Below, piece by piece: positions 1 through 15,616 of a DNA stretch of 64,000 nt. The position numbers and the translations under genes are program-made. The DNA is from the human T2T-CHM13v2.0 reference genome, Homo sapiens, in NCBI RefSeq assembly GCF_009914755.1, contig NC_060926.1; one strand, given 5' to 3'. The notes under the pieces were generated by a model, which saw only the letters and a list, made by a program, of their open reading frames with translations, had not been told where the DNA came from and did not search any database. Positions within the stretch are counted from its first letter, which is position 1. The number at the start of each line of letters is the position of its first letter.

Positions 1-2102
1 TCTACTGAACAGCACTGAACTAAAATTTAGAATGGCTTGAATTCAGAAAACCAAGGAGACAATGATGGCTCATAAGTGTGGAGAAGCAGGTGGGGTCAGA
101 GATTACAGTGGACCTTTTGAGTCACGTAAATAATTTGGGACTTTATTTTAGAGGCAATGGAAATTTTTCCTCAATAAATCATCTATTTTTATAAAGTAAA
201 TTAAAATTAAACTCTTTTTATCTTAAACACCTTACATAGATTGTTTCATTGCTGTTGTCACAGCATACTTTTCCATATAAGTTTTCATTGTGGAGAATTT
301 GAAGCAGTGAGGATTACATTCACATTTTATGCATCGCAATTCTGTGATGTGCTCCAAACCCAATAGCAGCTAGTCTAAATTAAAACTAGAATCTAAGCCG
401 TCTACCTTTTGTCCAAAGGGGTCTGTGGCTAAATATAACCACTTTATATATTTTTGCTTCCTTGCAGAGAAATGTTTATAAAAGATGTTGATATTCCTGT
501 GTATAGATTTCATTTGAAAAATACTGATGTCATAAAAATATTGAAAACACACATTTAGAAGGAAATACTTATTCCAAGTTTACTTTCTACAAATAGCCTA
601 TAATTTTGCCTCTCTATTTTTGCTTTCTGAGAAAAAATAGAGACACTTCTACATGGAAAATCAAGTAACCTTGAGAAGGGTAAATTGTTGGCACAGTTGT
701 TAACAGTGGCATTGTGAACTGTGTGGAAGACATGTACAAAATCCAACTAATGCTCACATTGTCCTTGTATGATGGGCACCATCACAGCTTTTAAAATTAT
801 GATGTAGTCTTTTATTAATGAACTTTGAAATATTAAAAAATTGCCGCTATTCTGTTAGCAGCATGCATTCCTTGCATTATTAATCTCTCTAACCCCTTCA
901 TGTCCTTACTATCTAACTATAAAAACACTTGAACAAATAATAGAGCCCAGTAAAATCCTTCATCGCAGAATCTAAGAGGAATGCTATGTGAGGTCCAAGA
1001 CAAGAATAAATACATTTCCTACATTCTGAGGAAAACAGCATTCAGATTAAAGCTAATTTATAGTGGGGTGGTTTTTATAAGGTTTTGTTTTTTACTTCAA
1101 CTTGGCCTTCTTAAGAGCTTGTGAAGGTTACAATGCTTACTCACAAGAGACTCTTCATTATAAATGGAGAGATATGTCAGGACCAACAAAGCAATTTGCA
1201 AATTATTAGGCATTATATTCAGCCATGTAGTTATAATCTACAGGCCTCAGAAATGTTAAGGATGGATGGTGTATTCAAATGAATTGAAAATAAATAATTT
1301 ACCAGCTGAACTCTGGTTTGACAGTATATTTATTCAACTAAAAGTTGCTTAACTCTATGAAATCCTCAAAAGTGTAGGACCTGGCCTTAAATAATCACCA
1401 AATTCACTCAATTAAAATAAAATATATTTAAATTTCTTTGTTAAATTTTTACCAGATATAATTTCTCAATCTGGCATATTTATTTTTCTATAGCTTTGGT
1501 TACAGGTATCTATTCCAACTTTCTAAATAAGGCTGCTTATTTTTTAAAAAAAGAGGCCAAGAACAGACTGAGTCAAAACCCTTGCTTTGCACTATTCAGC
1601 AGACAAATGCCACATCATAATCAATTATCCACAAAATGAGACCTTCTTATGCATCCATGGAAATAGACTAAAACATTGGCAACCAGAAAGGAATTTCCAG
1701 AAGCTGTCAATGGGTGAACCCAGAATTCACCAATAAAGATCAGCAATTCTACCCTCCACAAACTTGAATATTTTTACTTAAAATTTGTTTGCCTGAAGGA
1801 AGCTTTCATTTAAAAGCAGGAAAAGTTTTTTAAAATTTACATTAAAGAAATCTATCTATGCTAACTATATCATCGGATTTATAATGTAAAATCAGGGAAT
1901 TCTGAGTTTACAAACTAATGTATTACAAAGCAGTTGTTATCAAGAGTATTGAGGGTTAAGTAGGAATCATCTGTCCATGAGCATCATAACATAAATCTCA
2001 TCTCCATACATATTCAAGTCAACTTATCATAGATGTGCAAATTCAGGGTTGTTTCTGAAAGTCATGAAATATTCAACGGAGTTAGGTCCAGGAAAACAAT
2101 TT

Positions 2103-2230
2103 TAATTCATTCATTTAAAAATGTTACTCATTAGGTGTCTACCATGTCAAGAATTGTCTAGGCTTCAAGGATGCTGAGAGAACCAGAAAGACAAGGTTTC
2201 TGCTTTCATGAACCTACAGTTAGTAGGGAA
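2103..2230 (-). mobile_element. L2 LINE 3' end fragment
   Basis: ttcattcattt...taccatgtcaag...ctaggc...agacaagg...tcatgaacctacagtttagt resembles the reverse complement of the L2 3' end. Confidence 0.65.
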
Positions 2231-2500
2231 ATTAAGTGTGGCTTAAAAATAACTTTGTATTGGATCTTCCACCCTATGTAGTAGGCAGAGTTGTTCTCTC
2301 TACTCCTGGCTACTGATTAGGAAACCCAAGCCCTGGGAAGAGCCATTTTTCCTTCAACTCCATTGTCATGTAAAACAACATTTACATGAGCAAAATTCAT
2401 CCATCTCTGAGTTTAAAACTACTATATATGTCTTTGTAGCTTAACAGTATTAAAACTAGATGATTTATAAATGTGCTTACTGATCAAAAACCACATCGAG

Positions 2501-2880
2501 TTTTTTATTGTATATATCTATGGGGTTCATTGTCATATATATATATATATATAGATATATATATAGATATATAGATATACACACACACACATACATACAT
2601 CATGGAATGATTAAATTGAGCTAATTAACACGTCAATCACCTTACATGCTTGTCATTTTTTTTGTTTGTTTGTGGTGAGAACACTTGAAGGCAAGTAACA
2701 CTAAATTCACTTTTTAGGCTAAACTTTTAGAGTAAAATCTATTCTTTTAGCAACTAGAAATATACATTATTATTAACTATAGTCACCATGCCATTCAATA
2801 GTTCAATGAAACTTTTTTCTCCTGTCTAAATAAGATTTTGTGCCCTTTGCCAAACATCTCCCGTTTTCCTGTACCCTCCT
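2501..2880 (-). mobile_element. L1MA-type 3' end (old L1) containing a (TA)n/(CA)n microsatellite
   Basis: tggtgagaacacttgaa, attattaactatagtcaccatg and aaacatctccc are typical L1MA 3'UTR motifs. The microsatellite lies at ~2535-2592. Confidence 0.75.
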
Positions 2881-3984
2881 CCATCACATGAGTGGGGAGC
2901 CTGAGATGGAGTGTTGAGATAGGGCCATAGGAGTAGTGTTAAAGGTGGGCTAACAATACCAGAGGCTCCAATATTGCTTCTTTCATTGTGTTTTGATAAC
3001 ATAATCTCAGAAAGAACCTAGAACTTAAGAGCTACGTAGAAATTTACTTACAGAACACTCCTGTTAGTTTACACAGAAGGAAATTGATCAAATCATACAA
3101 GCATTTGGACATCAATTAGGATGAGAAGCAGGACATATTAGTGATCTTTCCAGGGTACTACATTATACCCCAAGATGTACAAAGTTTCATGCTTCCATAG
3201 CAACTGGGAGTTATCTAAGACCAAAATATATCATCAATTTCCTCTCTGGAGAAGAACACTGCTTTTCATTAAATAGCCTAGAATCTCCTTTGGAAAGCAG
3301 GTAAACATAAAATTAACCTGCATTAATTGGAGGTAATGTGTTTCTTTCATTAAAATAATACCAATGACAAAATCATTTCACATGCTTTGAGAGGAATAAA
3401 ATATCACTCAGGTTGCAATTATCTGTGAAGTACAGTCATTTCCTAGCCAGACCTTAAGGGAAATTGATTGTTTCTTTATGTCCTTTGTTTATACATATTT
3501 CTTAGACTTAATGGCTGACAAGTGACCATTTCATTACCATAAGATGCCTCTCTGTTTTCCAGAGCTGATTCTTCCTTTACTTTTGCTTAACAGTAGCAAT
3601 AGTGTTCATAATTAGATGCACCTTGGTTTTCAATCCCAAAGTGACTTTGCAGATTGCTTCATGACAGCATCCCAGTTTCTCATTTTACTGTTAGTAAGAG
3701 ACCATGCACATTTGCTGAAATGCACATCACAAATGTTTGTCCTGTTTTCACCCAGAGGTAAGTGAAAAATGTGTCTGTTTTCCCAAGCCAAGAAGAAGAG
3801 GGGAGAATCATGGCTGTGCACACCTCAGATTTATGGTCCAAGGAACTCTCACCTGCCTAGTAGTTATTTTGGTCTAGGGAAGGCCCCTGTTCATATTTCC
3901 TTCTTCCTGGACCTACACCAATTTGAGCAGCTATCAATCCACAGAATAGAAGGTACTCAGGAATTTTTTTTAATGTCACAATGG

Positions 3985-4250
3985 TTAATAGCATGGATAT
4001 GGAAACAAAACAACCTTAGTTTGAATCCTAGCCTATGTAACTTCGTGTGAAGTATTTTACTTTGTGTATCCCAGTAACCTCATCTTTAAAAATCGAGATA
4101 TTAATTGTTCCTACCTCATCAGCTTCTTGTGATAATTAAATCAAGTAAAATTTAATTACAAGTAAAATAAATATTAACTTACATTTAGTTTTTTGCTTAG
4201 GACAGTGTATATCACATAGTAAAAACACAAAGCAAATTAGCTATTAGTAT
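3985..4250 (+). mobile_element. MIR SINE
   Basis: tttgaatcctagc...cctcatctttaaaa...cctacctca...cacatagtaa...ttagctattag matches the MIR core and tail. Confidence 0.75.
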
Positions 4251-4519
4251 TGGTTCTTGTCATTCATAGGCTTTCTTTCACCACTCTAGATACCCATGGT
4301 TACATGCCTTGTCCTCAATGTGGTTTCATGGTTTTACAACCTCCAGGACCATGTACCACCTCTAAGCTGTAGATACAGGGAATAATATCCTGGAAAGAAA
4401 AACAGCTGTCTGTTATTAGTGGAGAACAGGATAGACCTCTGCTGCTCCCTCCCAGAAATTAGAAAAAAAGCATGGCATTCTTCGTTATCCAAAAAGCATG
4501 GTGAAACACAAGCAGGAGC

Positions 4520-5050
<531 letters not shown>

Positions 5051-5204
5051 ATATAGTCTTTCATTGTAAACATTCTCCAAGTAAGCCTGAGATAATCTGC
5101 TACAAAAGAATAGTCATGAATATAAGAGGCATATAAATTTTTATGTACCATATAGGAGGTTTTCACAAGGACATCTAACCTTCTCAGTGGAGAGAGTTAT
5201 TTAT

Positions 5205-5350
5205 AGAATATTTATTGAAGCCCTACTATGTACTAGGAACTATCCTAAAGACTGGGAATAAAATAATTAAGGACATCGCCTATTCCCTCATAGAGCTGAC
5301 ATGCTCCTGGGGAAGAGAAACACTAATCAAGTAAACAAAGTAATTTCAAA
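5205..5350 (-). mobile_element. L2 fragment
   Basis: atatttattgaagccctactatgtactaggaact...cctcatagagctgaca resembles the reverse complement of the L2 3' end. Confidence 0.65.
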
Positions 5351-6118
5351 AATATAATAAAAACATGTAAGAGGTTATAAAGTGAATAGAAATTGTAATT
5401 CTATGCTAGAATGGTAAAAGAGATATGTTTGATTATAATTACTTGAGAGGAAAAGTAGATAAAACCCATAATGAAAGACCCCCACCATTTCTACCTTGTC
5501 CCTCCCTTTTCAGGGGACCAGAGTTTAAGCCTGTCCCCATATGAGCCATTGATACCTGAGTCACCTAGACCCAGCCCATTAAACCCTTCTGTAAGTGCAC
5601 CAGTAACTGTAGGTAGAAAAATGCAGCTGACACTCACAGCCTGAAGTGATGACATTTATAAGACCCTAGTCAGCAATGATGGGGTTATAGACTTAATAAG
5701 TTCAACAGGGAGATGACAGTGGGTGATGGGGAGGAAGGGAGGGATAATAGATGAATTGGTGACAAAGAGAAAAGGCTTCAGAAAGAAAATCATAAAAAGA
5801 GGAACTGAGAGGCCAATATGAGGCAATTGTCAAAAGCCTGGGGAGAATTGTTGACAAATCATAGTCTGTGTTTCTTCAAGTGTGATTCAGGCTCCCTGGG
5901 GGTTCCCAAGACACTTTCAGGAAGTCTGTAAGGGCAAAGCTATTTTTATAGTAACATTAAGATGTCATTTGGTTTTTGTTTTTTTTTCACTCTTATTCTC
6001 TCTCAGGTATGTAGACTCATTGGTAAGGTTTCAGATTCTATATTGCAACTAACCTTTAGGAAACTTGTTGAGTTTTGGTGTAGTATCAAAGCAGTATATC
6101 CAGTTATCTGAGTGGTCT

Positions 6119-6684
6119 AAGTTATTGTTAATCCATTCAAGGTGCTATAATAGAATACCGTGGCTGGCTAGCTTATAAACAATAGAATTTATTTGTCACA
6201 GTTTTGGAGGCTGGGGAGTAGAAGATCAAGGTGGCGCAGACTTGGTGTCTGGTGAAAGCCCTCTTCTGGAAGCTGTGTTCTCACATGGTGGAAAGGGGTG
6301 AAGGAGGCCTCTGGGGTCTCTTTTATAGGAGAACTAATACCACATAGGGGAACTAATTATCTACCAAAAGACTTAGCTCCTAATACCATCATACTGGGGG
6401 TAAGGCTTTCAACATACACTTGTACATCTCAAATATGAGGATCTGAAATTGAAAATGCTCCAAAATCTGAGATTTTTGAGTGTTAACATAATGCTCAAAG
6501 GAAATGCTCATTGGAGCATTTCAGATTTCATATTTTCAGATTTGGGACGCTCAACCAGTAAGTATAGTACAAATATTCCAAAATAAAAAGAAAACCTGAA
6601 ATCTGAAACAATTCTGGGTCCAAGTGTTTTGGATAAGGGATGTTCAACCTGTATAAATTCTGAGGAGACACACTCAGTCTACTG
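6119..6684 (-). mobile_element. MaLR LTR (MLT1A/MSTD-like) nested in Charlie1
   Basis: gcttataaacaatagaatttatttgtcacagttttggaggctggg...agatcaaggtg...ctcacatggtggaa. It ends tttcaacata|taaattctgaggagacacactcag. Confidence 0.8.
6417..6651. mobile_element. Tigger4a/MER46-type DNA transposon nested in the MaLR LTR
   Basis: aaatgctccaaaatctga...gctcaaaggaaatgctcattggagcatttcagattt...ggataagggatgttcaacctg, flanked by TA (6415-16 and 6652-53). Confidence 0.85.
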
Positions 6685-7205
6685 AACTTACTAAAACACA
6701 CCTCCCTATTCTAACTACATAACTTTGTGAGTCTAGATTTTTCTCTCTTTAACAACCAAAATAACATTTTAACAAATTGAATATAGGAGCAGATATGAGG
6801 TTCTAGTTGTCTCCTCTTAAGTCAGACATTAAAGGGATTTACAAAAATGTAAAATAATGACTTTCTTATTAGTAAATTTTTATTTGGAATACAGTTGTTT
6901 TTCATTAAAAATGTTATCTATGTTAATATATAATAGAATTATTATTTTAAAATAAATACATATTTTAAATATTTCTCAGTTTTAATCTACTGTAATAAAT
7001 ATTGAGAGGTATGAGTCACATAAACAAAATCTCTTAAGGGTCCTCAATAATTTCTTAAGAGTTTTAAGGGACCCTAAGTTTGAGAACTGCTTATTTAGAC
7101 AATTTGCTTCCAACTTTGTTCAATATGAGAAAGTTAGGAAGCTAGAAAGTATATAATCTTTGGAGCAATTGCTCAGTCTCTTTCATTAAAAATCTGCTTA
7201 AACCA

Positions 7206-7802
7206 TGTGACAGATTGCATTGTCCCAAAATGGCCACATCAATAATTTTGGTCCCACAAAATTCTCAGAGTTTGAATATTCCTCCAAGTAAGAGGTACTT
7301 TCTAGTTCCCTCACCTAATTTGGGCCACGCTTAGTGGCTCATTTGCAATTTGTGTACTGTAGCAGAGGCAGTGCTGTATGCCTTCCAAGGGTGAGTCTAA
7401 AAATAATACAAATTAAACCCAGCTCTCTATCAGGACATGTGTTTTGAGAGATTAGAGTCCACAGTTAAGAAGCCCAGGTACTCCAAAGATGCCATCCTGG
7501 AGAGATTATTTTGAGGTGATCACATAAAGGTAGAGAGAGTTGCCTGTGGCTCCCTACCTATTCCATATTCCAACTGCTGCAGTCCTCTCAGCATCAACCT
7601 CCAGACACAAGAGTAACTAAACTTCAGATGATCCAAACCATCATCCTTTAAGCCACCTCAACTGACCCAAGATTAAGCAGAGAGGAGCTATCCCCAACAA
7701 GTCTTACCCAAATTGTGGATTGATGAGCAGAATAAATATTGCCATTGTTTCAAAACACTAATGTTTGGAGTTATTCATTACACAGCAATAGTAACTGGAG
7801 CA
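7206..7802 (+). mobile_element. MLT1 (F/G/H-like) MaLR solo LTR
   Basis: Starts tgtgacagattg...aaaatggccac and ends aataaat...tttggagttattcattacacagcaatagtaactggagca. Confidence 0.8.
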
Positions 7803-9649
7803 AATACTCTCTTCAGGGCATTAGGATTTGTCTCAGGAAAAGGTGGAGTATATTATACCCACAACAGATAGTGAATGGGTATTCACTTATCCTGTGATCA
7901 TCCTCATTAAAGACCATGGAAAGAAAATAACTTCATCCCAGAGACAACTACACAGAGGAAGAAACAATGAAGTCTAGTCCTCACCTTCCCCATCTCAAGA
8001 AGATCACTAGAAGTTTACCATACAAAACAAAAGAAGGAACACGTCAAATTCAGTTACAGAACCAATGAAGATTATCTGATGGAAGAAAAGGAGAAAAGAG
8101 AAAGGTAAACTAGTACAAAGATTAATTATTTTAATAAACAGTATACAAGTTATACATATATTACTTTATATTTTGTATTAATTATATTATATAATAATTA
8201 ATTATATTATATTAATAGCCAACTATACAGGGAAGATATTATTCCTCTTTTGCAGGTAAGAGAACATGTGATACTCAGGGCTGTTAGGCAATTTGCCTGA
8301 AGTCGCACAGCTACAGCTCATACTCAGGTCTGTCAGATTCCAAGCCTTACAGGAAGCTGTTTTCTTCCATCTGGAACTCTGGATTTTTCTGCTACATTAA
8401 AATAAATGCATCTCTCTCTTTCAAACATAATAATAATTCTGCAAGTGTTCATGCTCTAAGCTAAGATATGGGAATAGAAAATATAACAAACTTTAAAGGT
8501 AACATTTCTGCTTCTCTCTCGGGAGAAAACTGTCTTTGTGGTACCATATGAAGCCCTGGCTAACGGCAGGTGTCATTAGGGACAGGATGGAATGAGGAGG
8601 ACGTTAACAATTTACTATAAATGATTTTTCAATTGAAGAAAAACAGGAAATATGCCAGAAGGCTGTGGATCAGAGGTCAACACCTGCTCCTCCCTGTGCG
8701 TGTCCACAGACTCTGACATCTCATCTGCTGGGAAATCAGAAGTACCAAGCTGCCAGCCAAGCCAGGGAGCACTAGAGCCTTTCTGCCAGTGTCTGCCAGG
8801 TCTTAGCCTCCCTAATGCCACTCAGTGGTACCATGCTCCTTGAAACGACTCACATACCTCCTTGCTTTGTGGCAAAATGAAGGCCAAGTGCAACTTTATC
8901 CGGGAAGCAGATGCCTTGATGTTTCTGGTACTTGTCATAAGTGACATATGTATTACTTCATTTGCAAATGAGCACTCACAGGAGTCTTTGGGAATGGAGG
9001 AGAGGAGTGTCCTTTGGTAAAATGCTTCAATATTCAGCAAATTTTGAGTACTTACTGTGTCTAGGAGCTGTTATTTATTGATGAGAATTGGCTTAGGATT
9101 CTACTTTCTAGTGGATGATTTTTTTTAATCCAAATTTCTAGATGAACAACAAGCATTCTAATTGTCTCCATAAGCCTGCAATAGAGAATTCTCTCATCCT
9201 ACATTCATTATTAAGAAATCCTTCCTGCTTCCATAAACTCAAGGACTTACGTCCTGTACCACTCTTCCTAAATAGAAATTAAAACCTAAGGCCATGAACT
9301 TGAAGACATATATCTGGTTTCTATACTGCTGTGAATTTTTTGAGCCTCAATCCCTCTCTAACTTTGAGGAAGCTCTATTTCTCATCACAATGGATTTCTC
9401 CATCTTGATTTTGAGCTTAATTTATTTTTAATTTTTTTAATCATGTAATATTTAATTATTATTTAAATCATTTTATTAATCATTTTTAAAGGGACATTAG
9501 CTCAGGCTGCTCCAAGGAGGAGGATATATGAAAACACGCTGTACCTTTCATTTTTTTACAACTTTACAGTAAATCTAAAATTAGTTTTTCAAAATTAAAA
9601 GTTAAAAACATTCAAATTGCCATTCTTCTGGATTTTACAGTCTATAAGA

Positions 9650-9800
9650 AAAGATCATAGGCTTTGGGATTAAGCAATCTCAAACCTGATTCCATCTGTT
9701 ATTAGTTATGTGACTTAAGGCAAGTCACTTAACTTTGTTGAGCCCCATTTTTTTTTGTTGAATAGACAACCTAGCACATGGGTCTATCACAAGTTAAAAG
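9650..9800 (+). mobile_element. MIR fragment
   Basis: MIR core: tagttatgtgacttaaggcaagtcacttaactttgttgagccccatttt. Confidence 0.7.
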
Positions 9801-10410
9801 TAGGCAAGATGTAATAAAATAGAGTTCATTTATCATTTCCTCCATCTCTGTACTTTATTCAAAAAAGTTGATAAATTAAAAATTACTGCTAAATTTGCAT
9901 ATTCTCTTATTAATAGTTGTTTACTGAGCTTAGAAATATGCATTATCTGACTGGGTAGTCTAAAGCAATCAAGCACGATTAAAGAAAGGGTTGTTCAGCT
10001 GGTTATCAGATAATTCTGAAGCCAGGTGTTGCACATGATCCTTACTTGGAGCCATCTGATCCATTGCCACATAGTTCATTGTCAAGCCAATTTCACCAGC
10101 TTGACATATATATGCTGTTAATCATAAAGAAGATCAAGTGAAAGAAAGTAGTGATTGCCATCATTAATGGAATAAAACCAGCACTAAAGTCAGGGCACAT
10201 AGTAAATTTTTAACAATCTTGTTTGAGATTTCAACTGTTGGATGATCAGATCTTGAGACTGTTTAACACTTGGCGTATCTGTGAGTTTATTGTTCATTTG
10301 CTCAGTGTTTTCCATGATGGTATGGAGCTAGATAGGCTTGAAATTGAGGGTAAAAAGAATCAGTTCAGGAAATAAAGTAAATGACTCAAATTTCACTTTA
10401 TGATCTAAGA

Positions 10411-10592
10411 CTGGTTCTCCAACTTCATCGTGCATCAGAATTAACTAGAGAGCTTGTTAAAACATGTTGCTGGGGCCTATCCCCAGAGCTTTCAATTCAG
10501 TAGGTAGAGTAAGGCTTAAAATATGCATTTCCAACAAGTTCCCAGGTGATGCTGATGTTGCTGGTCTGAAGATCACACTTTGAGAAGCACTA
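10411..10592. mobile_element. MER5A hAT MITE with 8-bp TSD ATCTAAGA
   Basis: tggttctc...gcatcagaat...aacaagttcccaggtgatgctgat...cacactttgagaagcact. ATCTAAGA lies at 10403-10410 and 10593-10600. Confidence 0.9.
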
Positions 10593-10937
10593 ATCTAAGA
10601 GACTAGGTCATGGGAACAAAAGCATTACAGGAAATCATAAGTTAATGTCAAATACTGACCCAGTGCTCAATTAAGGATGCAAGAAGTCAGGACAACAAAT
10701 GCGAGGCTGGACAGGAGGGACTGTTACCAGGGCCATCACACAACTATGAGCATGCTGATTCCTCTTAGGAAAATTCTCAGAGGGGCTACAGAGGATTGGG
10801 TTCTGATTACACAGAGGTAACCCTACCAGGCTATTTAAATACATAGGCCAGCACATTAAATTTTACTTATTTTTTGTGAAAGCAGGACACAATTCCTTTT
10901 GTACTTGTTAAGGCATTACAGAAAAAAATATTTTGAA

Positions 10938-11432
10938 ATATATTCATTTCTGTTGCTGCTGTAATAAATTATCGTAAGAATGACTTAATACAAAGTATTA
11001 TAGTTCTATAGGTCAAATATCTGATACAAGTCTCACTGGGCTATATAAAATCAAGATGTTAGCAGGGCTGCATGCTGATCTTGAGGCTTTCAGAAAGAAT
11101 CTGTTTCCTTGCCTTTTCCAGCTTCTAGAGGCCACCCACATTATTTTGCTCCTGGCCCCCTTTCTCCATTTTGAAAGCTGTCGATGTCACATCTCTCTGA
11201 CTCTTCTTTTGTCACCACATATCTTCCTAACTAGAATGGGAGGTCCTCTACTTTTATGGTGTAGTGTGATTAGATTGGGCCCACCTACATATTCCAGGAT
11301 AATCTCTCAATCTCAAAATCCATACCCTTATTCACATCTGCAAAGTCCCTTTTGCCATGTCAGGTGACATATTCACAGGTTCTGGGGAATGGAACATGAA
11401 TGTCTTAGAGGGTCATTATTCTGCCCACCACA
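10938..11432 (-). mobile_element. MLT1C-like MaLR solo LTR
   Basis: aaaatcaagatgttagcagggctgc, ccttgccttttccagcttctagaggcc, cacatctgcaaagtcccttttgccatg, ending attctgcccaccaca. Confidence 0.85.
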
Positions 11433-14020
11433 CATAATAACCAATGTCATTTGTTTTTACTATGGAGAAGCCGAAATTTTTTGTACTGCTACAAAAAAAT
11501 CTATTTTAAAAAAAACAAACATCAACGACAGCAAAAACAACCCAATGGTGCAGAGTTCTGCTTCTGGCATGACGGCATGAGGAATTCTATGGACACATTC
11601 CCATGCAAAACTGGTGAAAATTATAAAAGGACAAAACTTAAAGTCTCTTGAAATGGTCCTGGGTCATGGAGGAAGTGAAAAAACATTTACTCAAGAAAAT
11701 CTATTATAGCTTTTAAAGGTAAGAGTATGTAGTCTTTGAACAAGGTTCCACTCCATCTCTCCTATCTTTTAGCTCAACCAGATAGAAAATCCACTCCAGA
11801 CAGGTGCAGCCAAAAGCACAGGTTCTCTCTCCCTACATCTCCCAGTCAGAGGACTATTTTCCTAAGCAAGAAAGGTCATTGTCATTGTTCTGGCATATAG
11901 GATGGTGTATCTATACCAAGAGAGGATACTTAAAAAGATTTCAGGCTATTGCCCCACACTCCACTGAGTATGCAGCGCCTAAAGAGGAGATATCACTTGG
12001 AAAGAAAGGTGTCTTTGCTTCTACTTCTAGCTCCAGAGCTCTGGCTGGGAGATTTGGAGTGGGGATAGAAACAGGCCTTAAGGCAGACAGCTCCTAATCT
12101 CTTCCCAGAGAAACTGACTTCATTTGAAATGGAATATGTGGAAGTTTAAGCCTTAGTGTGCTCTCAAAAACTGTGGAGATTCTCAACTCAATGAAATGGA
12201 AACTTCACTCCAGACTGACGCAGCCAAGAATATGGCTTTCTTTCCCTTCAGGTACCAGCCAGTGGTCTATCATCCTTACAGGATTTCAGCGTTTCTCATC
12301 CTGCCCTCAGCTACCTGCTGCTGAGGCTAAGTTCCAGGCAAGTACGACTGAGAGATAGGGGTGCCCTTTTTCTGCCAAGCCCCCACTGATGGTATCAAGG
12401 CTTTATCTTGGACACAGTGCCACTGAGAATACCAGGGACCTGGCCCATAAGGCAGTAATTTCACACCAGAAGAGGCAAGCCAAGAAGAACTGAGGCTACT
12501 GCCTACTCTGTCACTGAACCTCAGTTCCTAAAGTAGGGATGCCACTCAAAGAGAATTATACCCTATCTCCAACCCCAACTCCAGATCCACAGCTCAGAAA
12601 TTTTGCTTGGGAATAGGGGAGGGAGTTGATAACCTGAGAAAAAGAAAGCTGGGAGGAGCCTGCCAGGGGTCAGACATAAACAAATCTCAAACACTGACCT
12701 ATGCAACTACTCCTTCTAGGCAGCCCAATTTGATTAGATTAGTATGTGGACCAATTTAGGCCCCAGGCTACTGTTGGAAAAAATACATCAATCATCTGGC
12801 AATTGAATAGAGGTTAACAGCTGCATGTAGTTAGTTAGAGAATCAATCAAAGAGAGACCTGCCAAAACCACCATCATCCTAGAGTGTGATGGTCATACCT
12901 TTGCCACATCCTGCTGAGGAGCAACACCAGAGGCTTAACACTGCTAGGAAAATAAATTTTACTAAAATAATCCTGCTAATTACTAAATAGTACAACAAGC
13001 AAATGACAAGTCTCAGATGAGAAAGGGGATACTCAGAGTTGCTACAAAATTGTATCTAAAATATACAATTTTAAACAAAAAAATTATGAGATATGCAAAT
13101 ATATATATATATATATGATCCATATACTGGAAACATATCAGGCAAAAGAAATTGCCTGTGAGAGCAACCAAATGGCAGACTTAACAAAGACTTCAAAATA
13201 CCCATTATAAATATGTTCAAAAAACTAAAGGAAGCATAATTAAAGAAGCAAAAGAAATATATAATAAAAATATCCCATTGAATAAATAATGTCAATAAAG
13301 AAATAGAAATTATAAAGAAATAATAGAAGTCTGGACTTTAAAAGTACAGGACCTAAAATGAAAAATTCACTAGAGGGTCCCAATAAAAAATTTGAATTGG
13401 CAGAAGAAATAATAAACTTGAAAATAGATCAATAGAGAGTACGCAAGCTGAAGAACAGAGAGAAAAAATAATAAAGAAAATTAAACAGAGTCTCAGAGAA
13501 ATAAGGAACACCAATAAGCACACCAACATACACATAATGGCAATACCAGAAGGAGAGGAGAAAGTAAAAGGAGCAAAAATAAAGACAGGAAACTTCCCAA
13601 ATTTATTGAAAAACAACAATCTATACTTCCAGGAAGCTCAATGAACTTTGGGCAGGATAAATGCAAACAGATTCATAAGTAGATTATAGTAAAAATGCTG
13701 AAAGCCAAAGACAAGAAGAAAATCTTGAAAGCAGCAAGAAAAAAATGACTTATCAATTACAAGGGAACCCAATAAAATTAACAGCTGACTTTTCAGCTGA
13801 AACAATAGAGGCAAGAACACAGTGAGATAACATTCAGAATGCTCAGAAGAAAAACACCTGTCAACTAGACTCCTACATTCAGCAAAGCTATCTTTCAAAA
13901 ATGAAGGTAAAATGCATTCTTAGATAAACAAAAATGAAGAAAATTTGTTGTTAGATGACCTGTCTTACAAGAAATACTAAAGAAAGTTCTTCATGTTGAA
14001 AACTGCAGACAATAATTCAG

Positions 14021-14048
14021 ACACACACACACACACACACACACACAC
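14021..14048. repeat. (CA)n microsatellite
   Basis: Read directly. Confidence 0.95.
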
Positions 14049-14588
14049 CCGCACTAGTGAAGATAATTATGTAATTACAGAAAATAATATACCTGCATAA
14101 TTTTCTCCTTTCTACTCTTAACTGTTTTTAAAACAATTTTATAAAATAATACCTATATGATGTTTTATGGGGTATATAATATATAGAAATGTACTATATT
14201 TGCTAATAAAAGCACAAAGAAAGTGAGTGGAAGCAAAGCTTTATTTGGTGAAAGAAATGACTCTAGACGGTAACTTAAATCTACAGGAATAAATGAACAA
14301 AGAGAACCAGAAATGTTAAGTAAAGAGGTTAATATGATAAAAGCTAATAAGGATATAATGGCTCTTCTATCTTCTCTCAGCTTCCTTAACAGACAAAAAA
14401 TTATACAAGTAATAATTACAACAATGTATCGTTGGGGTTGTAACATTAATAGATATAATATGTATAATAATAATACCATAAAAGGTGGGGGGAGGAATAC
14501 TGCTAAATGGTGGTCATGATTCTATATCTCATTGGAATTAAGATAGTATAAATATGAAGCTGATTTTCATAATTTAAGATGCATAGGG

Positions 14589-15616
<1,028 letters not shown>

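Larger units (their letters stand above)
5866..7092. mobile_element. Charlie1-type hAT DNA transposon, internally deleted, with nested insertions
   Basis: Left end ctgtgtttcttcaagtgtg...gggggttcccaagacactttcagg and right end ggtcctcaataattt...gtttgagaactgc match recalled Charlie1 termini. Confidence 0.75.

Noticed and set aside
447-558. Acceptor-like tttttgcttccttgcag followed by a ~30-codon open frame
   Set aside because: The peptide is unrecognisable, it ends in a stop and has no supporting partner exon. Such motifs are common.
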